Shown: piece after piece, positions 22,975 to 33,384 of the stretch
Position numbering within the stretch: the stretch's first letter is position 1
Layout: every line of letters starts with the position of its first letter
NCBI RefSeq assembly: GCF_000143415.4
Contig: NW_003314362.1
Location: forward strand, 420,072 to 468,259
DNA length: 48,188 nt
Origin: Selaginella moellendorffii
Lineage: Eukaryota; Plantae; Lycopodiophyta
Reading direction: 5' to 3'
Notes under the pieces: model-generated
Told to the model about the DNA's origin: nothing
Databases searched by the model: none
What the model saw: the letters and a program-made list of their open reading frames with translations, nothing else
Translations under genes and position numbers: made by a program

Positions 22975-24961
22975 CAATTCAGTGGATCAGAGCTTGTAAT
23001 GTTGTAAGTCTAGTGGCGGAAAAACAGAAAAAAATAAAAATAAAATGCAGGTACGTGCTTGTATGACAGGATCATAACTGATCCATTCCTGTTTACATAC
23101 TTTTTAAACTTACCAGAGAACATCACCACAAAGCACAATTGGAGCTACCTGCCCCTGCCTTGATATTGAGCAATGGACGATCTGCCTTGATACATTTAAT
23201 CAAGGCACCCAGTTTGTTGTGCAGTGTTTTATGGATCACCAAGAGCTCAACCTTTGATGCTCGTTCCTAGCGATAACAAGAAAAGAGATTTAAAAAAAAA
23301 AAACTTGCTTGAAAACAATTAAAGTTTACTCACTCGGAAAAACTCCAGCGTTGCAGCAGAGATTCGAGGGCAGCAATCCAGATTCAAGCAGTAAAGAGAG
23401 TTACTCAATCGTGGGACGAGTATTGCAACAGCCTCATCGTCGATAAGCTTGCATCCGAAAAGATTCAGAGCCCTCAAGCAAGGACAATGGAACGCAATAA
23501 ACCTTATAGAAATCTTTGATCATGTAAAGGAAAAAGTGAAAGAAACATTTCATACCTCATGGATCTATTGGTGATGGTGCAATTAACAAAACTCATAACT
23601 TGGAGCTTGTTGCATCCTTCTACCAGAGCCATGATTCCTTTGTCTTGCACATTACATGCACCTGTCTTGCGAGAGATTTGGTTGAGCTCAAACTCAATCA
23701 GATGAGAGCAAAAACGTCCAAACTGTAAAAGGATATTGTCACTGGCAGTTGGAAGACAAACTTTCTCAAGGTTCCGAAGAGCAAATGGAATTTTACAGAG
23801 AGTCTTCTCTTCAAACTGCAAAGGCACAATGGATGTGTTTCGATCAACATAAAACAAAGTAAAAATGGAAGTATACCTGTGTAATCACAACCTCATCACA
23901 AGTAGATAAATCGAGGACCTTGAGATTGGTGCATGCTTTACAGATTGCTTGCCACGTTCCACTAAACGTAGACTCCGCGTAAAGGGCTTGGAGCTGGCGG
24001 CCACTGTCTTTAATCAACTTCCAGGGCGCAGAGCGATCATAAGCAACAGAGATTCCAGGGGAGACACAAAGCCTGAGAGACGTGAGAGAAGGTGGCATTG
24101 GGCTGATGGAAGCATGATCGAGTATCAACAGATCGGATGATACAACACCAAGATCTGACAGGTTTGAGCAGCATTTGAATATGTCATTGAGATGATCCCA
24201 ACCAAAGTCACTGCTAGAGATATGGAGCGTGGTGAGGGACAAAGTGAAGCTTTTAAGCGTGACGGCAAGGCCACCGTTAGGCCAAGTCACACTCGCACCC
24301 AGAAGCTTCAGGTGTGGAGATGAGGACATCGAGAAGGCAATGCACGGAAAAAACTAGACACATCATGGTCTCGGCTGAAAACATCGAGGCTCTGGAGGTG
24401 CGGTGAAAGGGCCTCAGCAAGATATGGAGGGAAATTATCATCAGAAAAAGCGGCAGAGAGGTGGCGAAGATGAGGAAGGGCAGAGACAGTAGAGACAATC
24501 TTCTCTGCGTCCTTCTGCGATCTGGACAAGATTATAAGCAAGGAGATAGAGAAAAAGCGCGAGAAGAGCCATACATACCGAGGAAAAGTAATGCTTGTGA
24601 TGGTCGATGCGTGCTTGCGAGCTAGTTTGATGACGTCTTTTGGTTTGAGCCAGACCGAAGAATGCAGCCACCGAGAGAAGTCACCGAAACGAGGCACAAT
24701 CTCACGCACCTAACGAGAAGAAATACCATGCTCCATCAGATCAACTCTTATCTTCTTCACTAACCACATAACTTTACTTACATGAGATTGGCACAAGCGA
24801 TTCCAGCGGCGGCAGACAAACGCGGCCCGCGTCAGGAGCTCCCTCGTTGAAATGCGATCGAAGATGTGGAGCAGGGTATCGTCATCGAGGCCGCCAGTGG
24901 TGGCATCGTCCTCGCCATCGCCATCGCCATCGCGAGCCCTCTTCCTTCTCGTTCTCCCCAT
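22975..24961 (-). CDS. F-box/LRR-repeat (FBXL-like) protein, multi-exon; 3' end approximate
   Basis: ATG at 24961; F-box LDDDTLLHIFDRISTRELLTRAAFVCRRWNRLC. LRRs include CKACTNLKVLDLSTCDEV and DKGIMALVEGCNKLQVMSFVNCTITNRSM. GT-AG introns at e.g. 24781-24710 and 24578-24522. Confidence 0.85.
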
Positions 24962-24983
24962 TTTGCTATTTTGACCTAATCTT

Positions 24984-27875
24984 ATGAACCATGTGGTTAA
25001 CAAAGGGCAAAGGCGTCCGTGGCGATGGCGATGGTTTTCGTCGCAATCGCATGGCATCGTTCTTGACAAGGAGGAGGAGCCGCCGCTCGATCCAACGAAG
25101 ATTTGCAGGGATGACGAGCGATCGCCAGCGGTGGACGCCTTCGCGGCTGCTCTGCGAGAATGCCGCGAGCGCGGATCCCTGGGCGAGGGTAAGCGCATCC
25201 ACGCACAGATCGTCTCCAGCGGCCTCGAGCGTCACAGGTTCCTCGCGAATCTCGTCATGGAAATGTATGGAAAGTGCGGCCGCGCGGCGGAGTCCCTGGA
25301 AGTCTTCCACAAGATGGAAGATCGCAATGTTTTCTCGTGGAACATTGCGATCGCGGCATTTGCCCACAACGGGCAAATGCGAGAAGCCCTGACGCTCTTC
25401 CGGCAAATGCTGCTCGACGGCGAGCATCCCAATTGCGTCACGTTTATGGCAGCTGTCAATGCCGATCCGGCCAAGATCCATGCGCTAGTCGTCGCTGCTG
25501 GCCTGGATCGCTCCACCTCCATCGCCACAGCGCTGCTCAACGCTTACGGCAAGCTGGGGATGCTAGATCATGCCACGCTCGTCTTCCAGGGGATCGAATT
25601 CAAGGATGCCATCACCTGGAATGCACTGGTCTCCGCGTGCGCTCACAACCATCGTGGATCCCAGGCGCTGGAGCTCTTTCGCTCGATGCTTCTCGAAGGT
25701 ATCAAGCCCAACCACATCACCTTTCTCAGCATTGTCGCCGCGTCTAGCTCGATCATGGACGATCGTAGCTCGACTGCTCGCGAGGATCTTATCCACTCGC
25801 TCGTCGTGGAAGCCGGCTATGACGACCATCTCTCCATCGCCAATTGCCTCGTGGATTGCTACTCCAAGCGAGGATCATTGGACACTGCCAGAGCGCTCTT
25901 TGATTCCATGAAGAGGAAAGACGTGGTGAGCTGGAACACGATGATCTCGGCTTATTCTCGATCACAGGATGGAGACCAAGAAGCTCTCGATCTCTTCCAG
26001 AGAATGCTGGACGATCCCAGCGGCCCCGAGCCGGATCGACTGACGTTCTTGAGCGTTGTGGATGCATGCAACTCGCTGGAGCAGGGCAGGACGATCCATG
26101 CTCTCGCGATGGAGAAGAAGATCGCTAGCGAGGACGTGGTGCTCCAGACGGCGCTGCTCAACATGTATGCTCGCTGCCATAGCCTCGAGGATGCAAGGAA
26201 AGTTTTCGCCGGGATGTGTCGCAAGGACGCGATTTGCTGGAACTCGCTCCTCGCGGCCTACGCTCAGAGTGGATCCGGCAAGGAAGCGCTGCAAATCTTC
26301 CGCGAGATGGATCTCGAGGGATGCAAGTCGAGCAGAGTCTCACTCATGCTCGCGCTGGAAGCTTGCTCCAACGACGGTGGCGATGCCATCAAACAAGGAA
26401 GAGCTCTCCACGAGAGGATCGTCGCTAGTGGCTATGGCGGCGACGTGGTCGCGTGCTCGGCGCTGGTGACCATGTATGGAAAATGCAAGTGTGTGGATCG
26501 AGCGAAGGTGGTCTTTCAGTCCATGCCCGAGAGAAACGTTGTGACATGGACGGCGCTCATAGGTGCTCTCGTGGACAACGATCGCGACAAGGAAGCCATG
26601 GAGCTCTTCCGGACGATGGACCACTCTGGAGTGAAGCCAAACGATGTCACATTCGTGAGCACGATCGATGCTTGCGCAAACTCCATGGATCTCGCTTCCG
26701 GGATCGTTTTCCACAGGCGAGCAGCCGAGGTTGGCATGGATTCCAACGTGATCGTCGCGAACAGCCTCATCAAGATGTATGGAAAGTGTAAGAGACTCGA
26801 GGAAGCCATGTCCGTTTTTAACCGAATTCTGGGAATCCGGGACTTGGTATCGTGGAACGCTTTGATCTCGGCCTTTGCGCAAAATGGCGATGGAAGACGA
26901 GCGCTAGAGACTTACTGGGCGATGATCCGGGAGGGAGTTCGTCCCGACAGGATCACTTTCATCAGCGTCTTAGATGCGTGCGCGACGCTGGGATCAATCG
27001 CCGAGGGCCGAGAGATCCATCGCCAAGCAAGCGAGGGCGGATTCGAGAGCGTGGACGCGGTGCTTGGAACGCTCGTAAACATGTATGGGCGGTGTGGTAA
27101 CGCCATGGAAGCCGAGCTCGCGTTTGGCAAGCTCCAGCAAAGGGATGCGATTGCATGGAACGCGGTGGCAGCGGCGATCACTCAAACCGGCGACCAGAGA
27201 CGAGCGCTCGGGATTCTCCGGGGCATGGATAACGAAGGTGTCAAGCCGGACAACGTTACGTTCATCACACTTCTCGACACTTGCGCGGATTGCAACGCTC
27301 TGGTCGAGGGAAAGATCTTCCACGCCCGAGCGATGGAGCTGGGATTCGGCTTCGATATCATCTTGGGCAATGCGCTGCTCAACATGTATGGAAAGTGTGG
27401 GAGCTTGCGCGAAGCAAACCGTGTCTTTGCAGCCATGCCCGTGAGGAACTCCGTGTCTTGGAACACGTTGATCGTCGCATATGCCCAGAATGGGCATGTC
27501 AAGCTAGCGATTGGATTGTTCCGGGATATGGACTTGGAGGGTATAGTTCCCAACCAGGTATCTTTTCTCAGCATCTTTTTTGCTTGCAGCCATGCTGGGA
27601 TGCTTGAGGAAGGCTGCAAGTACTTCCAGTACATGGTGGCGGATCATGGGCTGGTTCCCACACCGGAGCATTACGGGTGTTTTGTAGATCTTCTTGGGCG
27701 GACTGGTCGCTTGGCTGATGCCGAGGAGCTTGTCACTGGCATGGCCAACGATGCCAGAAGTTTGGACTGGTTGATCCTTCTTGGATCCTCGACGTTGCAA
27801 GAGAATGTCGAGCAGGCAAAGAGGGCAGTCCAACACGCAGTGAAGCTTGGTTCCAAGCAATACTGGAACTGTTGA
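24984..27875 (+). CDS. PLS-class pentatricopeptide repeat protein, 963 aa, degenerate/truncated E region, no DYW
   Basis: Intronless ORF with many P-L-S motifs (MYGKCG, DVVSWN, P..TF) and an Arg/Trp/Ser-rich N-terminus resembling a transit peptide. Ends HYGCFVDLLGRTG..W..LLG..LGSKQYWNC. Confidence 0.95.
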   Translation: MNHVVNKGQRRPWRWRWFSSQSHGIVLDKEEEPPLDPTKICRDDERSPAVDAFAAALRECRERGSLGEGKRIHAQIVSSGLERHRFLANLVMEMYGKCGRAAESLEVFHKMEDRNVFSWNIAIAAFAHNGQMREALTLFRQMLLDGEHPNCVTFMAAVNADPAKIHALVVAAGLDRSTSIATALLNAYGKLGMLDHATLVFQGIEFKDAITWNALVSACAHNHRGSQALELFRSMLLEGIKPNHITFLSIVAASSSIMDDRSSTAREDLIHSLVVEAGYDDHLSIANCLVDCYSKRGSLDTARALFDSMKRKDVVSWNTMISAYSRSQDGDQEALDLFQRMLDDPSGPEPDRLTFLSVVDACNSLEQGRTIHALAMEKKIASEDVVLQTALLNMYARCHSLEDARKVFAGMCRKDAICWNSLLAAYAQSGSGKEALQIFREMDLEGCKSSRVSLMLALEACSNDGGDAIKQGRALHERIVASGYGGDVVACSALVTMYGKCKCVDRAKVVFQSMPERNVVTWTALIGALVDNDRDKEAMELFRTMDHSGVKPNDVTFVSTIDACANSMDLASGIVFHRRAAEVGMDSNVIVANSLIKMYGKCKRLEEAMSVFNRILGIRDLVSWNALISAFAQNGDGRRALETYWAMIREGVRPDRITFISVLDACATLGSIAEGREIHRQASEGGFESVDAVLGTLVNMYGRCGNAMEAELAFGKLQQRDAIAWNAVAAAITQTGDQRRALGILRGMDNEGVKPDNVTFITLLDTCADCNALVEGKIFHARAMELGFGFDIILGNALLNMYGKCGSLREANRVFAAMPVRNSVSWNTLIVAYAQNGHVKLAIGLFRDMDLEGIVPNQVSFLSIFFACSHAGMLEEGCKYFQYMVADHGLVPTPEHYGCFVDLLGRTGRLADAEELVTGMANDARSLDWLILLGSSTLQENVEQAKRAVQHAVKLGSKQYWNC

Positions 27876-28149
27876 CCGCGTAGAGTTCCCCGACTACTTC
27901 TCTCGTTGACGGTTGAGTCACCTGAATTGATACTCCTGGAGCTTGTATATAAGAGAACGTGGACTCGATCAAGTGGAGATGGTTCTTCAACTCTCTGCTC
28001 CAAGTGCATGGCATCATTTTTGTTCTTTCATGGGCTTTCTCGAGTACGACTATACTTCTGTTACACGTTTTCTCATACAGGTTGCTGCCATTTTTCTTTT
28101 TCTTTTATTTTTTTTTTACTTTTTCCGACTTTTGTAAGGACCGGAAAAC

Positions 28150-28220
28150 AACGTCAGCGGAATTGAACCCAGAATCTCTGGTTATGTAGCCCAGCGCCTT
28201 ATCCATTGGGCCATTGGGCC
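28150..28220 (-). tRNA. tRNA-Arg(ACG)-derived pseudogene (anticodon now ACA)
   Basis: Minus strand TGGCCCAATGGATAAGGCGCTGGGCTACATAACCAGAGATTCTGGGTTCAATTCC matches the plant tRNA-Arg(ACG) body. Acceptor and T stems are broken. Confidence 0.75.
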
Positions 28221-28273
28221 AAATCACTCACACAAGATTCCTAGTTGTTTACATTGAAGACCTTTAAGCCATG

Positions 28274-28347
28274 GTTTTCATAGCTGATTTGGTCAGAGCA
28301 CCCATTTAGTAAGCAGGAGGTCTTGAGTTCAAGTCTCAGTGAAAGTA
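28274..28347 (+). tRNA. tRNA-Thr(AGT), probably a pseudogene
   Basis: GTTTTCATAGCTGATTTGGTCAGAGCACCCATTTAGTAAGCAGGAGGTCTTGAGTTCAAGTCTCAGTGAAAGTA matches plant tRNA-Thr(AGT). The anticodon stem has two mismatches. Confidence 0.8.
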
Positions 28348-28544
28348 GATATTTATGAGGTGCTGCCTCTGATTTCTAAAATAGCTGAAATCACACACGC
28401 CTAACGTCAGGTTGTGATCTTTTCATTGAAAAACATATGGATCTAGTTGTCACATTACAAACATTACACGGTTCTTCTAGTGTGTTGTTTGTGTGGCTTT
28501 GATTTGTATGCAAAGGATCTAGTTGCCATTTATAAGGGGTTACA

Positions 28545-29660
28545 GTGACGAGGAAGAGCTGCCAAGAGTTTGGGGCGTGGATTCGAATTCACACAACATG
28601 ACATTCCTCAGGTCATTGGCTATGTCTTCCCTACATTCTTACCGTCATTAAGACAGTAAAAATGTAGCATGGAAGACATAGACAATGCCCTGATGAATGT
28701 CATGTCGCACACCACTGTGGTGACAAGCACGAAACTCTGAAGGTTAAGATGGCCAAGCCACTAAACATGGACACTCGCCAGAGCTTACGTTCTGCATGGC
28801 ATGCCTGGAAAGGATGACTATTCCAACTCTAGTATGCATATGGTAAAAGCCTCACGATTGAATTCTTTGGCGCCGGGAATTGGCAGAGTAACGGTGTTTC
28901 AACAGAAAGCGGTGTTGCATTGCGATCTAATAAGTTTATCACTGACCATGGTTTTTTGGACCTTCTTTTCTTAAATGAAATCGTATAAGGCGGCATCCCA
29001 CAAAGAGAAGTGGAGACCAGAAAGAATAGAATGGCCGGGGGAGGATCCCATCGACGATGCAGCACTCCAAGTTCCACGAGCCGTCTCCGCGGCAGCTTCC
29101 AGCAGCCTCGAGCACCGACGAGCTCCAGCAGGAAGCCGACAGTACATCCAGGTTTGCATTGATGCGGATAGGGAGCCCCGCGAGTCCGAGCGATGATCAA
29201 AGCTCCGGGCTGCAAGAGGCGACGTCGCCGGCGGGGCTTTGGGCCGACCCCGTCTGCTGCGGGCGCTGGTGTGACACTGGTCGCCGCCCCCAGATGATCA
29301 AATCACCACTACAGAAACGCTAGCAATCAGTGATGAATCTTCACCGTCCTCTTGGCTTCGCCACTCGGCTAGCTTGCCAGTGATCCCAGTGGCGGACGAG
29401 GAGTACGTTCCAGACAAGGAGGAGATCATGCTATACGTGGATGACGGTTTTTCCTGGAATTCCGAGCAGCTGGAAGTTGTTACAGCTCGCGGGCCCTCTT
29501 CTCCCGATCGAGTAGTGAATGTGGAGGAGGAGGTACATTTTCCGTCGGATGTTGGGAGCTGGAGGTCGTAATCCAGGATCTTCCTCCTCTACGAGCCAAC
29601 GCTGAGCCAGCAGGGACAGCACCTTCGGTGGCACCACCATTCGCAGTGTCACCACCAGGG
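28545..29660 (+). pseudogene. Degenerate inverted copy of ~32690-33790 (3' end of the orphan gene plus a downstream decayed ORF)
   Basis: ggaagacatagacaatgccctga, ctcgccagagcttacgttctgcatggcatgcctggaaagg and gctagcttgccagtgatcccag are reverse complements of sequences near 33690, 33550 and 32975. Confidence 0.8.
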
Positions 29661-30149
29661 AAAAGAAAAAGAGAAGATGAGGCTAGCTTGGAATTCATCT
29701 TTTATAAAGATCTAACAAAACCAGACGATGATCGAGCAGCAGCACCAGCGGCAAGCTGGAGACGTCATACATGAATCTGGCATTTCACCAACTCCAAATC
29801 GTCGAAACTAGATTGGAAAAAGATGTCAGTCTCCTCAACTTGCTTGTCAGATCCTATGGGAGTGGAGGCAACCGTGATCATTAAAACAGAGCGTGGACCA
29901 CAATGGTGGTGGATCTCGCGAAGGCCAGGTGCCGTGAATCGGAGATGGGAGCTGTTATCTATCTTCCGTCGTCTCCATTCACAGCCTGGAGAATACACTG
30001 CAGCTTAAAACACACCATAGCTCGATGTGAGTGCTCGTAAGCCTATCATGGTGGTTCATCATGTCGAATGCCCCCTTTGATCCGAGAATGTGGCCACTGC
30101 GCTTGAGAAGCTGTCTCAAGACTCAAGTGCACTGATGATTGTCACTCAC

Positions 30150-30203
30150 CACCTCGAGCTCCATCTTGCAAAACGGTGAAAGCGCAAGATGGAGCTCGAG
30201 GTG
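30150..30203. repeat. Perfect 20-bp inverted repeat with a 14-nt loop
   Basis: cacctcgagctccatcttgc (30150-30169) and gcaagatggagctcgaggtg (30184-30203). Confidence 0.9.
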
Positions 30204-32689
30204 AGAGCTCAGATGAGAGCATTATCAATGAGAGAACATTGGAAAACATTGGAATCCTCCCATGTTGATAGGAAGATTTTCCACGAGTTGCCTGTTCTTC
30301 CTCATTCCACACACCATCGAATGGCGATGGATTCTTTTGCCCGCTTCCAACTATAAGTGCGTAAAGATTTGCATCGCGCTCAAGCTCCTCCACTGATTGC
30401 TTCAGCTCCAAGATGGCAAAGCGATGCCATAATCAGGGCGTGTAGTTTTCTCTATTCTCTAAGAAGCACGCTTGGCCAAGACGCTCCCTGCTCCATGCGG
30501 ACTTGGTCCTGCAACATTCGAGGTTTATTGTCTTTCTTTTTCTTGTTTCAAAGATGGTAATTTGGAAATCAAGTATGGGTTCCGAGCTGCTGCATGCTGA
30601 TCCGGCAACAATGCTGATCAACTAAACAGCAATCAAGCCACAGTAGTTCTCTGTAATCATTTTTTACTCTTTTGAGAGCCATTTACAAGATTTGCAACAG
30701 CAGCTGAAAGGCAAAGAAGAATACAAGAAGTGAGAGCACTGTACGAACTGTTCGAATGGTTTTTGGGTGGGAAGTGAAAATCTTAAGAGTACTTTCTGAG
30801 GACTATGGAGGGAGGGAAGAGAGCTTGTGTGGTTTGGGTTAGCAGCTTCACTGCATAGTGGATTGTCACCAAGTTGCTAGATCAAGGCTAATGCACAGCA
30901 CCATTTAGGATAGGTGAGTGATGCCTTGATTGATTCATCTTGTGCTTCAAATTTAAACACATATTATCAAAGTATAAAGTCATGAACTAATGTTAAAATT
31001 TTCAACTCCCACTTGTAGTGTATGTGGTTTTCATTTTTTACTTTATGATGTTTTATTATAGACATGTAAGTTTCAGGGGTTAGTAGTTTAGTTTACTCTT
31101 GTTAAGCTAGACTTGAAGGGTTATATTGACATATGATCAAGTCCTTAGCCCTAAATTCCTACTGGCTCCAGCTTTTGCATCATTCTTAGAACCCCTAACC
31201 TAAACTCTAAACCCTGGTCCAATTTTCCCCCATTAGGCTACACTCAAGTCAAGATAATAGGTTAACATTTAGCAATCTAGTTTACCTAGAGTAAAAAGAG
31301 TTTTACCTTCCAATTTCCATCCATAAAAGTGTGAATTTATAGAGAAGCATAATTGATTATAAACAATTAACAATAATAATTTGAAAAGTGATTTATTGGG
31401 GTTCTTTAGTATTAAGATGGGTGACCTTTTGCAAAATCAAATCTAAAGAGCTTACATTTTATTATGATGTTTAACCTGGCAATGAAAACAATTTCTTCTC
31501 TAAATATAAAGCATTAACTTATTAGTCATTACAAACTTCTCTATTAAACAAGATTTGATCAAGTTGACTAGTGGTTTTAGCAAAAAAATATGAGCCTTAG
31601 AATAGCATTAATCAATGTTAATGGAAAATTCTTCTTGACTTTTTATTATATATTTAATGAGTTCAAACTTTTGATGAAACATTACACTTCTAATAGTGTA
31701 AACAACTAAAGGGAATGACTTAAGAAGTAGTCCATAAAAATTTAAATATAAAAGGAAAAAATTTATGAAAACAAATGCACTTTTTTTCCAATTGGTTAAA
31801 GGTTTTGGGATATTTATAATTAAACATCTTTGGGTTTAAACTGTACTTAAGGTTTGTCTTTGGGTTTAAATAATACTGAGTTTGGTGACATCCCAAAATA
31901 AAATTTTACAAATAAATCATTATATATGTTCGTAAGACTAAAGTAAAGCCCTTTCATTAATCTTTAGTAGCTGGTCTATAAAATTAACCTTTTCCAACTT
32001 TTTAACAAACAAAGTGTGAAAAACCTTTGTCCAAGAAGTTGACTTTAAATTAGTTTTGATATAATTATTCTATTATAAAGAAATATGTCTCACAAATTTT
32101 GTTAGGGTTTTGAGTCTAACAATCTACAACCAACAATTAACTTTTTGATTGTGATAAATATATGGTGGCAACTTTCATTTCATAATACTATAATTCTTGG
32201 TATGTTTGATGTATCAATGGTACTCATGGACATGAGATTAATTCAAAATTTAAGGTCCATGTGAAGTAAATAGATCTTTTACTTCTTTAATATCACTATA
32301 AACATCAATAATCTTATATTTTTGCTTTGCAACAACATCATCAAAGATCTTTTCTTCCTCATCACAACACTGATGCCATATTCTTCAGCAAGATCAACAT
32401 CCCACTCCTCTCCTATTTCTAAAAGAATGTGCTTCTCTGTATCAAGCAATAGGGGTTGTGCAATGTGGAAATTGCATGTTTTGGGCACACAATGAGATCT
32501 TGTGTTGCAATGAATTAGATTTTGACACATGGGATGAATTAGATTTGACAACATGCATATAATTTACAAATTGCACACCAAAATAAAAGACTTCTTTTTC
32601 TTACATGGCTCCTAATTCCTGCTGGCAAGGTGCGAGGTTTAGGCCTCATAGATCTGGTATTCTTTGCAAAGTCCTGTCTAGCAGTGTTG

Positions 32690-33335
32690 CCAGTGGTGCT
32701 GCGCCTGTTGGCTCATCGAGGAGTCAGCAAGGGTTCTCAATATCATTGGCTCCTCTATATAGAGGAGGAAGGTCCTGCATTGCGAGCTCCAGCTCCCCAA
32801 AACCCCATGGGAAATGCACCTCGTCACTACTCGATCTGGAGAGAGAATTATAAGTGAGCTGCAACTTCCAGCTGCTCGATCGAATCCCAGAGAAAACCAT
32901 CCATGTAGGGAATCATGTCCTCTCCTCCTCTTTTGGAACGTTCTCCTCGTCCCGAACTGCTGCCTCTGGGATCACTGGCAAGCTAGCTGAGGTGCGAAGC
33001 CGAGACGACGATGGTGAAGATTCATCAATGGGGATCGTCATTGTTCGTGGTGGTTTCATCATCTGAGGGCCACGACGTCTCTCCTAGCTTTGAGCATCGC
33101 TGCTATCCCGGAGCTTTGATCATCGCTAGATGCGAGCCTGGAGTCGCTAGTCACGGGGCTCGCAATCCGCATCGATGCAAGCGTGGAGATTGCAGCAGGA
33201 TCAGAGGCGCTTACTGCCGCCCATGACCTCGAATCACCACTGCTGGAGCCCCTCGATGGTCGACGCTGCTGGAAGCTGCGGAGACGGAGCGTGGCGCTTG
33301 GAGGGATGCCTCGTCGCCAGGCCATTCTGTTCTTT
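32690..33335 (-). pseudogene. Decayed low-complexity ORF paralogous to ~29020-29660
   Basis: ERTEWPGDEASLQAPRSVSAASSS vs ERIEWPGEDPIDDAALQVPRAVSAAASSS; stops and frameshifts in both. Confidence 0.55.
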
Positions 33336-33384
33336 CCAAGGGTCTATGATTTTGTTGTCAAAGTTTGAAAAATATCTTATTAGA

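Noticed and set aside
24966-28017. Numerous short overlapping ORFs within the PPR gene (likewise in 43936-46104)
   Set aside because: Alternative-frame artefacts of GC-rich coding sequence.
28150-28220. Novel tRNA-Cys with ACA anticodon
   Set aside because: The body is tRNA-Arg(ACG)-like with broken stems; ACA is best explained by CpG decay.
31188-31215. Telomere-like ccctaa/ccctaaa motifs
   Set aside because: Too short and degenerate to call an interstitial telomeric repeat.
32279-32554. Short minus-strand ORF in AT-rich DNA
   Set aside because: No recognisable motif; at most a decayed TE fragment.
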